Part shown: positions 36,071 to 47,500 of the stretch, in pieces
Layout of the letters: the number at the start of each line of letters is the position of its first letter
Numbering within the stretch: position 1 is the stretch's first letter
NCBI GenBank assembly: GCA_010093705.1
Contig: MU006111.1
Span: 124,001 to 188,000, forward strand
Direction of reading: 5' to 3'
DNA length: 64,000 nucleotides
Source of the DNA: Patellaria atrata CBS 101060
Lineage: Eukaryota
Notes under the pieces: generated by a model
Databases searched by the model: none
What the model was told of the DNA's origin: nothing
The model's input: the letters and a program-made list of their open reading frames with translations, nothing else
Made by a program: the position numbers and the translations under genes

Positions 36071-37717
36071 TTAGACGTCCCGATATGATCTTCTCCTTCC
36101 TCCAGTCCTCGGGGATGAAGAACCTCTACCCCTCATATTCGCCCATAGCGCCAAGTTATCCACCGTGGCATACATCGGCGCAGGTGACTCCTTGGGCTCT
36201 TGCTCTTCGGCGACATCACCGAGAGCCCCAGACATTTGCCCACTGGTAGATTCGTACTCCCTGAAGACTCGACTGGCATTCGGCAAGGGTAAGTTCCACG
36301 TGGTGCTGTATGGAGGCTCTTCACCTTCCGCTCCCCGGTTGGGATTGTTGTCGATATCAGGAGGAAGGATGTGTCCCCCGTTCGGCAGCTCTTCTGGTTC
36401 GGGTGTCTCTTCCCTGAATGTTCTCCCATATGTAGGTAGCTCCTCTGGTTTCTCTCTGGCTGGATTGTCGTATCCGGGAAGCTCGTCATCATCCCTGATC
36501 GTGCCACCATATCCGGGAAGAGGTTCATCTGGGATACTCCGTGCTTGGGGAGCATTGCTAGGTGGCGGAGTATTGTGCTCTGGGAGGTCTTCGAGATCTC
36601 GTCGAGGAGCAGTAGGACCCGGTCCGAAGCGTTGGACGCGCTGTTGGCGGATAAACTCCGAATTATCTGGCTCGTGTGTCTGAAGTGTTCCTCTCTCGAC
36701 GAGTTGACTGTCTCTCGAGGATACCGTGGAACGAGGAGGCGAAGCGCCGTAGTAATCATCATAGCTCCCAGTAGATGAAGGAGCGTCCCCAACAATAATT
36801 TCCGGAGGCGGAGGCGCGATACCATCGCCGCGGCGGCCCTTCCCTTTACCAGTGGGATCTTGATCTTCGTCAGTAGGATAAAGAGGTGATCCCGACCTTT
36901 CAGCAAATGCGTTCATCGGATTGTGAGGCCATCCCAGGTCTTCTTCTTCCTCCGTAAGCGCGAAAGGTGGACCGACGCTATCCGGAACGTGCACAGCGCT
37001 CGACTCTCCTTTACAAGCCGGGCAGCTACCTTTCACATCCTCGACAAAGTAGGGTAGGCCAGGTGCATCACGATCACGCTCAATCTTGGATTCACCGGCA
37101 TCGATTTCATGACCGCAGACGCCGAACGAGTGTTTGATCCTGTAGTAGGAAGGGGAGCCGGATGCGTCTTCAGGTCGTTTAACTTTCTCTTCCGCGGTTT
37201 GCTTGGAGAGTTCTAGGATTTTGTTAAGTTCTTCCTCATCAAAGTCTACATGTACCGGCGGTGCAGGTTCTTGCAGCGAAGCCTTGATAGCCTCAGCTAT
37301 CATATCGTTATCCTCCTGGTCTAAGTTCTTAGGAGGCGGCTCGCTAAGTGACGCAAGTATTGCTGCTGCTACTAAATCCTCATTCTCATTCTCGAAATCC
37401 TTTGGAGGGGGTTCATCCAGTGAGGCCTCGAGCGCTTTCTTAATCTCAGCCTCTTCCTCAGCACGGCGGCGTCTAGCCACTGGCGTTCCATAATGTGTCA
37501 CATCGTCATTGTAACAGTCGTAACAGAGGCCGGGGTACTCAGTCTGTAGAGGTTCATCCAACTCTATACAGGGGTAACCAATCTCCATAGCGCAGAAACA
37601 TTCGTGTATTTCCGCGATCCGTCAGTATATGATATATCGCTAGCAGTAGTAGGACTCACCGCCAGTGCGAATATGGTGATGGCACTCTGGAAAAACAGAA
37701 ATCTCTTCCCTGCACAT
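36071..37717 (-). CDS. Hypothetical protein with four UIM-like helices and two Cys/His clusters
   Basis: Main exon 37611-36071 has EIKKALEASL, LVAAAILASL, MIAEAIKASL and ELNKILELSK. Likely first exon 37717-37660 (MCREEISVFPECHH); its acceptor is non-canonical (see findings). Confidence 0.7.
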
Positions 37718-38636
37718 CGTACGGGAGTGTCCGTGAGGTATATACTATTGGAATGACTCTCCTTTCAGGAAAAGATATTTTGAGAATATAAATCTGGGTG
37801 TCGTATTCTAAGCAACTCGAAGTAATTTCACCGAAAGTTCCTCGAAAATAGTAAATATTCAAAGCGTGATGATTCTTCTAAGTAAGGAAACAGTATTTAA
37901 CATAACGGATGTTGCATAGGTATACACAATTGCAACTGCCAGCGGATAGAGCGTTGCGTACAGATCTTCTGCTTGATCGTGAAGTATCTTGTACGTGGTC
38001 ATTATTGTCTCAAAGACAACCCCTTAGAAGAAAGACAACACACGAATTATGAGGGTCCCATTTGAGATAAGAGGGAAAGCTCATGAATTGCAACATTTCC
38101 CATGGTTCTATACAACTCACTGCTAATATATAATAGTGATATTGGTAGGTGAGAAAAGTGTTCATAATGGAGAGACGCCGGATGGATCAAGAGATCTTGT
38201 ATAGATCGAGGACGTTTAGTCATAAGCGTGTAGTAAGAGACTGGGCAGTAGAGTTAATTGCATCAGGTTTGTTATACCACTATATTAAGAAGCCAATTCA
38301 TACGCTATGTGATATACTTATTAGTACATGGGAGGAAACTAGAGGCACAGAATGAAGAACATACACTTAGTCGCTCAACTGTGAAAAACAACTAAAACGG
38401 CGATATTGTACTGCGAGGGGATCTGCATCGAATAACACAACAGTGGAAACCGAGACGTGACGATAGGACAGAACGCACTGGAGAGCAGACAGAGGAGAAC
38501 ACAAGAATCACTCGATTTCAGGACTAGACTACTACACCATACCTGATACCTCATGCTATTGTTGTACCTAATATCACCTAGAATGATGCCAGTACCTCAT
38601 AATAACGAATCCCCCTATTCTAACCCGAAATCTTCC

Positions 38637-41275
38637 TCAATCATCTTCCATGTCATCGTCGGAATCCTCACTATAAGCGCCAACGACCGAGTCAGGTGTG
38701 CGCTCTCCATGTCCCGTTAGCCGCGGATGTTCTGGCGGCGACGACGGGAATCCGGAAGAGCTCCTTTCGGCGTAGAGTTCATCGTCAGTGTAATCTTCAC
38801 TCTTATTCCCCACCCCGTTAGTCTCGGGGAGTGTAGTAGGTGTATTGTCCTCGGATTGCTCATCCCGGTCCTCAACTAGACCGTCGTTGGGGTGTTGGCT
38901 CATATCATCGCTTTGCGGCACCAACTCAGCGGACTTGAACTTCTTAGATTTGCTTCCAGATATTCTTGTCCTCTTCGTACTTTCTTGATAGATATTTCCT
39001 AGCTCTTTGCCGTGCTCCTTCTTCAGGTAAGCTAGTGCTGCTTTGAGGGTGAGATCAAGAGACTCCTGCGAAGGAACCATCTTTTTCATCCTCGCCAATA
39101 CTAGTTTACGGTCCGCAGTGGACCATTTGCTGTCTGAATCCTGTTTCGCAACCAGCCTCCAGGGGATATTCTTCTCCTGCGTACTCTCGGTAGCTCTGAT
39201 AGCATGCAGTATCCTGTACTTGTCACCTGGGAGCATTTTTGCGTAATGACGCTCCGCCTCCTTTGTCCGGAAACTCGACTTTTCCTTAGTCGAGGTTTTG
39301 GTAACTTCCCGCTCATGCATTTGCTGCATCTTCTTCCATTTTACCATGCACTGTAGTCGACTACGAGTGTTTCCAAGCTTGTCACTGACGACGCTCCAGC
39401 TGACAGCTTTCACCAGTGTCTCGGATGGAGGCGCATCTTCCTGGTTCTCCATTTCCCGCACTTTCCGCAAGCAATTCTCGACAGCTTCGTGGAGCGCTAT
39501 CTCTTCTTTCTCGGACCATACATCTGACTTCCTCTCAGTGCCACACTTGATATAATTACGCCATCTATCTCGACAGTCCTCCGGCATACGTTCGAGCTTT
39601 TTTCCAATGACCTTCCATTTGTCAGGCGTCATGGTGTAAGCGTCTCTCAGCTCTTGGTCTTCCTCAGGTGTCCATTTTCCACGCTTGCTGTAGTTATGGA
39701 AACGTCTCCGGCAAACTTTGTATATAGCTTGACGGTTCCGGTGGGGAAGTGATTCGAATAGGACAAGCCACAATTCCAGTGCTGGGTCTTGTCGCGCTCC
39801 TTGGGTATCCTGTATAATATTGTTGACAGCTTGCTGGGTAAGACCTTTTTCATTACGGTATGTATCGATAATACTAGTGATGATACTCAGCTCGTCTTTA
39901 CTGAAGGGACCGCTTATTATCTCAACAGGGGGTTCCGACTCCTTACCGCTTTTAGGAGTCTTAGATTTTGTGGATTTCGCAGATTTAGAAGGTTTCGCAC
40001 GTCTAGAAGGTAGTGGACTTACCATAACCTCGTCGTCGCTCTCAATTGGAGGAGCGTAAATATTCTCCTGGGTCTGCTCATTTGACGTACGCTTATGTTT
40101 GTATGATTTTTCGACGGAGTTATGTTTACGCTTGCGCTTCAGTTTTGAGCTCCTGCCTTCTAACACACGTTCCAAATTCGGATTTGAGACTGTTCCGGCA
40201 TCCGGAAAATGGGTACTTTCCTCCTCATCCGGAGGTTCGAGTTGTCGCATTGATTGTCCATCATCTAGTGTATATTTAGGATCCGAGTCGAGAATTGGTT
40301 GCACTTCCGATAGAGGATTACTCTCCCCCTCATCTTGGCGCTCTAAGTCTTGCCTTGAAATGTCCTTTCCCTTCTTGAACTTTTTCTGCTTTGACTTAGT
40401 TTTTCGATTTCCGCTTGAACGTTTAAGTTCGCCAGAAACCGCTTCCACATTCAAGTCTTGTTCGATATTCGATGTCTCTTGCTCATTGGAAGCCAGCTCG
40501 CCACTCAAGGTATGATTTTCCTCGGGAGGTCTTTGCTCTTCCTCTTCCTCCTCATCCTCCAACAACTTCGCAAAGACCTGCCTCTCTTTATCGAGCTTCC
40601 GCTGTTTCGGGGTAAGTGAGTTTCTCCCCGGGGTCTCAAGTGGCCCGACAGGATCCGACAAATCGAGAAACTGTCCCTGAGACACTCTAGGATGGCGTGG
40701 TGTCGACGGTCTATCACGTTTCCGATCCGGCTTAGACTTGGAGGAGCTCTTTGCCAGCTGCCTGAAGTCACTGCTCTTAGGGGTGGGCATGAACGCCTGT
40801 GGTTCGCTGGTCGCGACTCCATTCGGTAGAGCTTGCGAAGAGATAGCATTGGCGGTCCTCGGAAGAACTGAGCTTTCGGGGGGGGATGGTAAGGCATCAC
40901 CTTCAGCGAAGTTGTTGGTAACTAGGAACGTAGCACTCGTGCGTTTCTTCTTGGCTGATTTCGCGTTCTTCTTCCTGCTCCCTGTGTCACTCTTTTCGCT
41001 CTCCCTCCTCTTCCTCTTCTTCGATCCCTCATGCGAACCGGTAGCAGCATGTCGGCTGGTCTCAGACGGATGTGGAAGAGGTGTTTCAGGAATTAACTGG
41101 GTAGAAGGCGTATCCTGAGCGCCATTCCGTTCGAAACTGGGCTGGTCGAATTTATCTAACGAGTAACGACACATGTTAGTCGATATGCGATCGCAATTGA
41201 TGTCTAGAAATTTGCACTACCTTCAGATCGATGACCCTTTTCATCCTCAGCAATTTGCGATGAGTTATTCCCCAT
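38637..41275 (-). CDS. Myb/SANT-repeat DNA-binding protein, Reb1/Nsi1/TTF1-like
   Basis: GPFSKDE, KRGKWTPEEDQEL...WKVIG...RMPEDCRDRWRNY, WSEKEE...VSWSVVS...TRSRLQCMVKW. Probable first exon MGNNSSQ at 41275. Confidence 0.85.
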
Positions 41276-42253
41276 CTTTGGCCAGCGCCAACACCGATTG
41301 TCCTGATTTCTACCAACTCGTGTTGGAGAAGCGTAGATTATTCGCGCGTTATTATTATTCAGCGCCGGCTGCCCACTGGTTCTATAGTCCACCGTAACCC
41401 TAACCATAACGAGCATTTTGGTCTTGGAACATTTTACCATAGAGAATCCCCCTAAATACATATACTACACCACCAATGCTGCTAAACTATTTATAAGAGT
41501 GTAGATATACTCTAAATAATCTCTTTATTCGACTACTACTTTTAGGATTCTATTTACAGTCGTGGAAGTAATTAAAAAATGTACTTTTATTTTCGGTTGT
41601 TGACTACTCTGATTTTTGCGTAGACGTTCGACGAAACTTTGTCCGACGCATGCTTCTGTTTTTGGACTAGCGTAGGGTGGACCGCAACCTCAGGCCTTTT
41701 CGCGGTCTCCTCTCTGCTATTTTAAAACAGTGTGATGTGAGAACAGGAATTCAGGCTCGCTCCGAGTCTGGATAGTGAAAACGAATCCGATCCAAGAATA
41801 AAGCTCAGTAGGGCAGGCGCTAGTTTTGCACATAATCCTAGACTTCCTTCGTTACAGACCTACGGGGTCGACACTCGACAGTAGATCGACAGCCTACAGG
41901 AACCTCAGGGCTTGAAGGCTTGTCGTGTTCTTACGGGAGTGTGGTGGTTTAAGGCAGGTTGGGCAATTAAAACGTATAGGAGATAGAAGAGACTATATTA
42001 TCGCTCTGTACCCGAGTGGAATCTAAGCTACATTCATATCGTAGGTATAGCTATCAATTACGCCAATCATAAGGACTGAATCCTGTTCCTTAGCCAGAAC
42101 GCACATTCCCATTACCCCTAAGCAATCCAGGACTCCTGGGTATCAAGATGCAATGACAGTTATGGGCACCGGTAACCAAATACAAAACAGTGAACCCTCC
42201 ATTAACCCCATTACACATCTGTGAAAACGATGCGACTTCCCATGTGGGTTCGT

Positions 42254-43599
42254 TTAGATCTGCGTAATGTTAGTGATCACACTTAGCTCCTTAAGCTTGG
42301 AGTTACCTACTAAACGAAGGGGGCTCTTCTGCATAAGGTTCGTAAAGGTGAGCATGGCCCTTGACTTGCGATCCGGACGCTGCAGTCTTCTGAACGCCTC
42401 ATGAATATGACTGGGACCAATAGGCTCTCGTTCTTCCTCCGGTGGATCGAACAGACCTGCCTCTCTCTTTCGCTTTCGGCTTTGGTTGTCGCCACCTGTA
42501 CCCTTCTTGGAGAGGTCTTCCGCATGCTTGACCCTGAGTGCTTCCTCCGTGAGTGTCTGGACGATCTCGAATGTGAGAAAACCCAAAATATCGATGATGT
42601 CGTCGTTTGGTTTCGCGTCCGTAATCACACCGAAGCCAGCCCACTCCCTGAAGCGTTTACCCTTCCTGAAGGTGAAAGATGCTTGACGGCAGTCACTCCA
42701 ATGAACGTATTCCTCTCGCGTCATATTCTTTGTGCGCTCATCCGCGTTCCTCAGCCTCTGCAGCGTCGCGAAGTTCATCTCTTCCTCTTCTTCGTCTTCC
42801 TCGTCATCGCGTGGAGGAACCTGTTCGCTGAAGTAACTTTGAACATCCCAGACAAGATCGACTTTGTTCTTCTTTGCCGCTTTCTTGCCAGCTTCGGCTG
42901 CTGTAGCGCCAATCTGGAGGTCGGCGTCTCCGCCTGGCATTCCGACGTCTGGGCCTGCATCGCCTTTGTTGTCTTCAGAGTCTTTAGCAGTCTTGCGTAC
43001 ATCCTTCCACTGGAGGAAATGGCGAAGGCGAGAGATTTTGGCGCGATCGTGACGGATCAACATCATCATGTCGTCAGTAGAGATGGTGCGACTGCCGCGG
43101 CGGGTTGCGAGCATCGTACATTCTTTGAGCATCTCCTGAACTTGCTGCTGCACAATGTGTTCGATCAAGCTCGTCGTCTCCGTAGAGGGTTCACCAGTTT
43201 CCCCCGAAACAAACATCATCTGGGCAATGTGAGTACCATAAATGCTTCGCTTTGCGTCTTTCACTGAACGCCTATTACGGGCGATTATGAAAGACATGGC
43301 TAATAGAAATGAAAGTCTGCGGGGGAAAAATGGAAACAAGTGTAGAATACCTTTTCCGCGAAGATGTGGAAACTGGAAACGTCCAGTGAGGTCATTGTGC
43401 TTGGGGAAGAGATGGGGAGGAAGGTGAGTGGTCAAACTCAAGTATCATGAGGTGTAATGTTTGGAAAGCTCAAAGGGGACCGCGGTAATGACTGTGACTC
43501 CTTCCGCGGGAACAGGGCAAAAGTTGTGAAGAAATGACCTGTAATGGAGCAGCGACTAACCTGCTGAATTTCCGTCTTATACTTCATTTTGTCTGCCAT
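42254..43599 (-). CDS. SPT3: SAGA complex subunit Spt3
   Basis: [21 protein letters not shown]...[11 protein letters not shown]...WKDVRK...[24 protein letters not shown]. Intron 1 is 43560-43220. Confidence 0.95.
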
Positions 43600-43909
43600 T
43601 CTGTCTCAAGTCAATTCCTCGTCTCTTCTTAAATATACAGTCTTCTTATTGATACAATAAATAGGTAGATAATTCTACAGCATCAAATGTGAAATAGATG
43701 GTCTATGAACATCTGAGTAATGAGGAGACAGTTCAGGAAGATCTCACGGTGGAACTAAATTTAAGGTTTTGGACTAGAGTCTCACCGCCTTCAGCCCTAT
43801 AAAACCTTAAACATCCCACTTGCAGAATACTTCAAGCCTCATCCCAAAACCCTATATTACATAATTTCTTGGTGTTCAGATTGCTCTACAACAAAACCAC
43901 TTATTCGAA

Positions 43910-44868
43910 ATGCTCTACTTCATTGGTCTCGGCCTAGCCGATGAGAAAGACATCACAGTCAAAGGACTAGAGATCGTTAAACGGGCCACACGCGTATATC
44001 TAGAAGCGTATACCGCAATCCTACTTGTGGACAAAGATGCTCTGGTACGATTTTCCCATCTGATATACGCCCTCACATCAAACCACGGAAAGGATATCGG
44101 AAAGCATATCCTTCAACGAACGAGTTCGCTCACCTGAATCTAAAGTAGGAAGCCTTCTACGGGCGATCCGTGATCCTTGCACCGCGCGAAATGGTAGAAT
44201 CATCCAGCGACGAGATCCTCGCGGACGCGGACAAAGTCGACGTTGCGTTCCTAGTTGTCGGCGATCCCTTCGGCGCGACCACCCACACCGACCTCCTCCT
44301 CCGCGCGCGCTCCCTCTCCATCCCCCACGCCACCGTCCCCAACGCCTCGATCCTCACCTCCATCGGTTGCACCGGCCTGCAACTCTACAACTTCGGCCAG
44401 ACCGTCAGCATGGTTTTCTTCACCGACTCCTGGCGCCCATCCTCCTTCTATGACCGCCTTCTCGAAAACTGCTCTCTCGGCCTGCACACCCTGATCCTCC
44501 TTGACATCAAAGTGCGCGAGCCCTCTCTCGAGAACTTAGCAAGGGGGAGGATGGTGTATGAACCCCCGCGGTTTATGAGCGTGGCACAGTGTGCTCAGCA
44601 GATGCTAGAGGTGGAGGAGGAGAGGGGTGAGGGGGTTTGCGGGAGGGAAAGGTTGGCGGTTGGTGTTGCGAGGGTCGGGAGTGAGGGGCAGAAGATCGTG
44701 GCCGGAACTTTGAAGCAGCTTGCGGAGGCGGATTTAGGACCGCCATTACATAGTTTAGTGCTACTAGGGAAGAGGACGCATGATTTGGAGAGGGAGTTTC
44801 TGGCGGACTTTGCGGTGGAGAGGGAAGGATTTGAGGGAATTTGGAGGAAGGATTATGAGGGGAGGTGA
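43910..44868 (+). CDS. DPH5: Diphthine methyl ester synthase
   Basis: [67 protein letters not shown]. One intron at about 44045-44147. Confidence 0.95.
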
Positions 44869-45282
44869 TGGCGAGATCTGGGTCGAAAAGGGGACCTCTT
44901 TCCGTGTCCTCACATGTTACCGTATAGATTCCTTCAGAGGAAGACAAGATGTCATATTCACTTGCACGCATTTTCGTGGTAAAAGCATCCATAACATGCC
45001 ATACCGATTGTTACAGCTAATGCACCGAACCCCGTAGAAATCCTGGGTATCAGAAAATAAAAGTGCCGACGCCATCCCATCCTAGTAGTGCGAAGATATC
45101 GAACTATTACGCTCAGATACGAATCCCCATGGTGTGCATGCCGAACGCCGTTCCATGCGATGCTTAGATAATAGAGCCCATAACGCCCTTTGCCGTTCAC
45201 AAACCCAGAAACATAAACCTGTACAGTTTGCTACCCGGACCCCAGAGCAAATCCAGACCTTTGAAATCTGCCAGTTAGTCCT

Positions 45283-46875
45283 TCAGAATCGCAAAACCTC
45301 ATCCAAGACACCGTTAAGACGTTCTCTGTCCGCCTTGGCGCCTCCAGTCCATCCCCAGTCGCCATCTTCCTCCCTCGCCTTCTCTTTATCAACCTGTGTC
45401 CCATTGACCCCATTGATTGACCTCCGCCCGAATGGTAACACCCCGTTGCTGACTCCATTGATCTTCTTAAGCCCACCAGTCGGAGCCTGCCACCCACCAA
45501 CACCCCTCTCCTCCTCGTCCTCCCACCACTGAGCCCAAGTCCCCGTCGTAATTCTCTCCGCCGCCACCGCCACCTGAGACAAGTATGGATCACCTAACTG
45601 GATCGCCAATCTCAAATCTCCCAGATCAAGAGGCTTATGCCTCATCTGAGCCTCCTGCTCTACGGGTAATAGCCCTGCCGGATTCCTCTGCAGTTCTCCC
45701 TTCATCGCCAATCTCTCCTCTCGTTCCAACTGTTTTCTATAACGCGCCGTTTTTATGTAGTTGAGATTGGGTCCGTTAACGCGGACGTGCGAGAATAAGT
45801 GGGTTAATACTTCTTTGATGAAGGTTTCGGTGGCGACGTTTATAAAGTCGGCGCAGTTGGGCCCCGGACCGTTGGTTACGCCTTCCTCGTAGCAGATGGG
45901 CGTCATCCGAGCGGCGAGGGTATCGGGGTCAGGGAATTCGGCGGTTTCGGAGAAAAGAGGTTGGGCGTAGCGTTTGCGGATTTCAAGGTCCCAGTCTATA
46001 TGGAAATAGAAAGGTGATGAGTAGAGGCTAGGGAAAGGAAGGGGGACAGTAGGAAGTTAGAACGCGGCTTACTAGTTTTATTGAAGCCCCCGGCAGATGC
46101 TGGGACGAGATCTGGGGGCGCGACTTGTCGCGAAGTGTGATATTCGTGTTCGACTCTAAATAGATGGTCGGCTGGGATCTAGGAAGGGCTTTGTGTTAGC
46201 AGAAAGCCTTGTCATATACAGTGGTAGTGACTCGGCCTGGCGCCGTGTCCATATCCTTGAAGAGGAGACGGGAGCCTACATCTTGTATCGATTTTAGTCT
46301 GTGCCTGTCCCTTGCAGGCAATTGCATAATCTCCGCCTTCAATCTCTGCTCCGCCGCATCTCCCGCGACTTGTTTAGCTACTGTGGTGGGCTTGTCGTTC
46401 GCCGATACCCAGTTCGCAACGCCGGGGTCAGGAGGATCTCGAGACGCATTTCCAAAGATCGCGCATATTAATTGATTGTGTAAGTGTATCCGGTTTGGAT
46501 CTATACAAATGAAGTGGTCGATTTTGCGCGAGAGTTCCTCCTGGTTGAGATGTCCTGTACGGGGTGCGATGTAAGTATCTGTTGCGCAAAGATCAGGAGC
46601 GAAAGGATTTATCTGAGATCGCAATCATTTCCTGTGTTCTTGCGCGTGTACGGACCTTGTACGAACAGACTGATAGTGTCCTTATATGTTCCCCAGTTAT
46701 CGCCAACCAACCTCTTCAATTCGGTGTACAAAGGTTCGACATTGATTCTCTCGACAACCGTAGAAGGCTTGGCCGGTTTGGATGACGTGCCATTAGGTGT
46801 AGATAGGGTTCTCGAGGCTAGTGTAGGCGTGGAGGTCGGATTGTTCATCGCATCGCGGGGGTTCATCGAAGCCAT
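45283..46875 (-). CDS. HFI1: SAGA complex subunit Ada1/Hfi1 (SAGA-Tad1 domain)
   Basis: [12 protein letters not shown]...G|HLNQEEL...HLHNQLI...[18 protein letters not shown]...[14 protein letters not shown]...[10 protein letters not shown]...[10 protein letters not shown]. Three introns. Confidence 0.85.
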
Positions 46876-47500
46876 GTTTGTTAAGGTTACGGATGGCAAA
46901 GAGAGATAGGAACGTGTCGCAAAGACAGGAAGAAAAAGGAGCGGAAGCCCCAGAGAGGCTCCTTGTTACCACCCAATTTCTGAGTGTATTGTCTATGGAT
47001 ATTGAATGGATACACGCCAAGTTGTGATGGCTCACTGCGGCGGGTTGATGAAATGAGGTTGGACGTGAAGTCGGTTGCCGGACCGGTACTGGCCGAGTCG
47101 GCATTGTACAGTATTAACGGTAGACCCCGGACCGGGATATCATATAATCTACAACGGCTGAACATTATGGAATTTCAAGAAATGTTCGTCCTGTACTATA
47201 AAGAATCCCCGGTCATTCTTAGACAGACCATTATATTCATTCAGAGTTACGTATCCTCTCTTACCATTCTCTCAAGGCAACATCTATTATATCTCGCTTT
47301 ACTCATGGCTTGAAAAATAAAAGGGTGTCCGTGTGCTCGGACACTGCACAGATACAGTAGCGTAATTATATCTCGTTGGAACATGAACATCCCCAAGTGC
47401 AAATCTTATGAAATTTATCATGATCTATCTGGGGACTACTAGTAAGTCTAAGACCTCCAACTAAATCTAAAACAAGTGCTCTCTCCTTTCTCAGTGACGA

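Noticed and set aside
43220..43441. ORF-track N-terminal extension of Spt3 (MSLTTHL...)
   Set aside because: Lies inside intron 1. The real first exon is [13 protein letters not shown] at 43599-43561.
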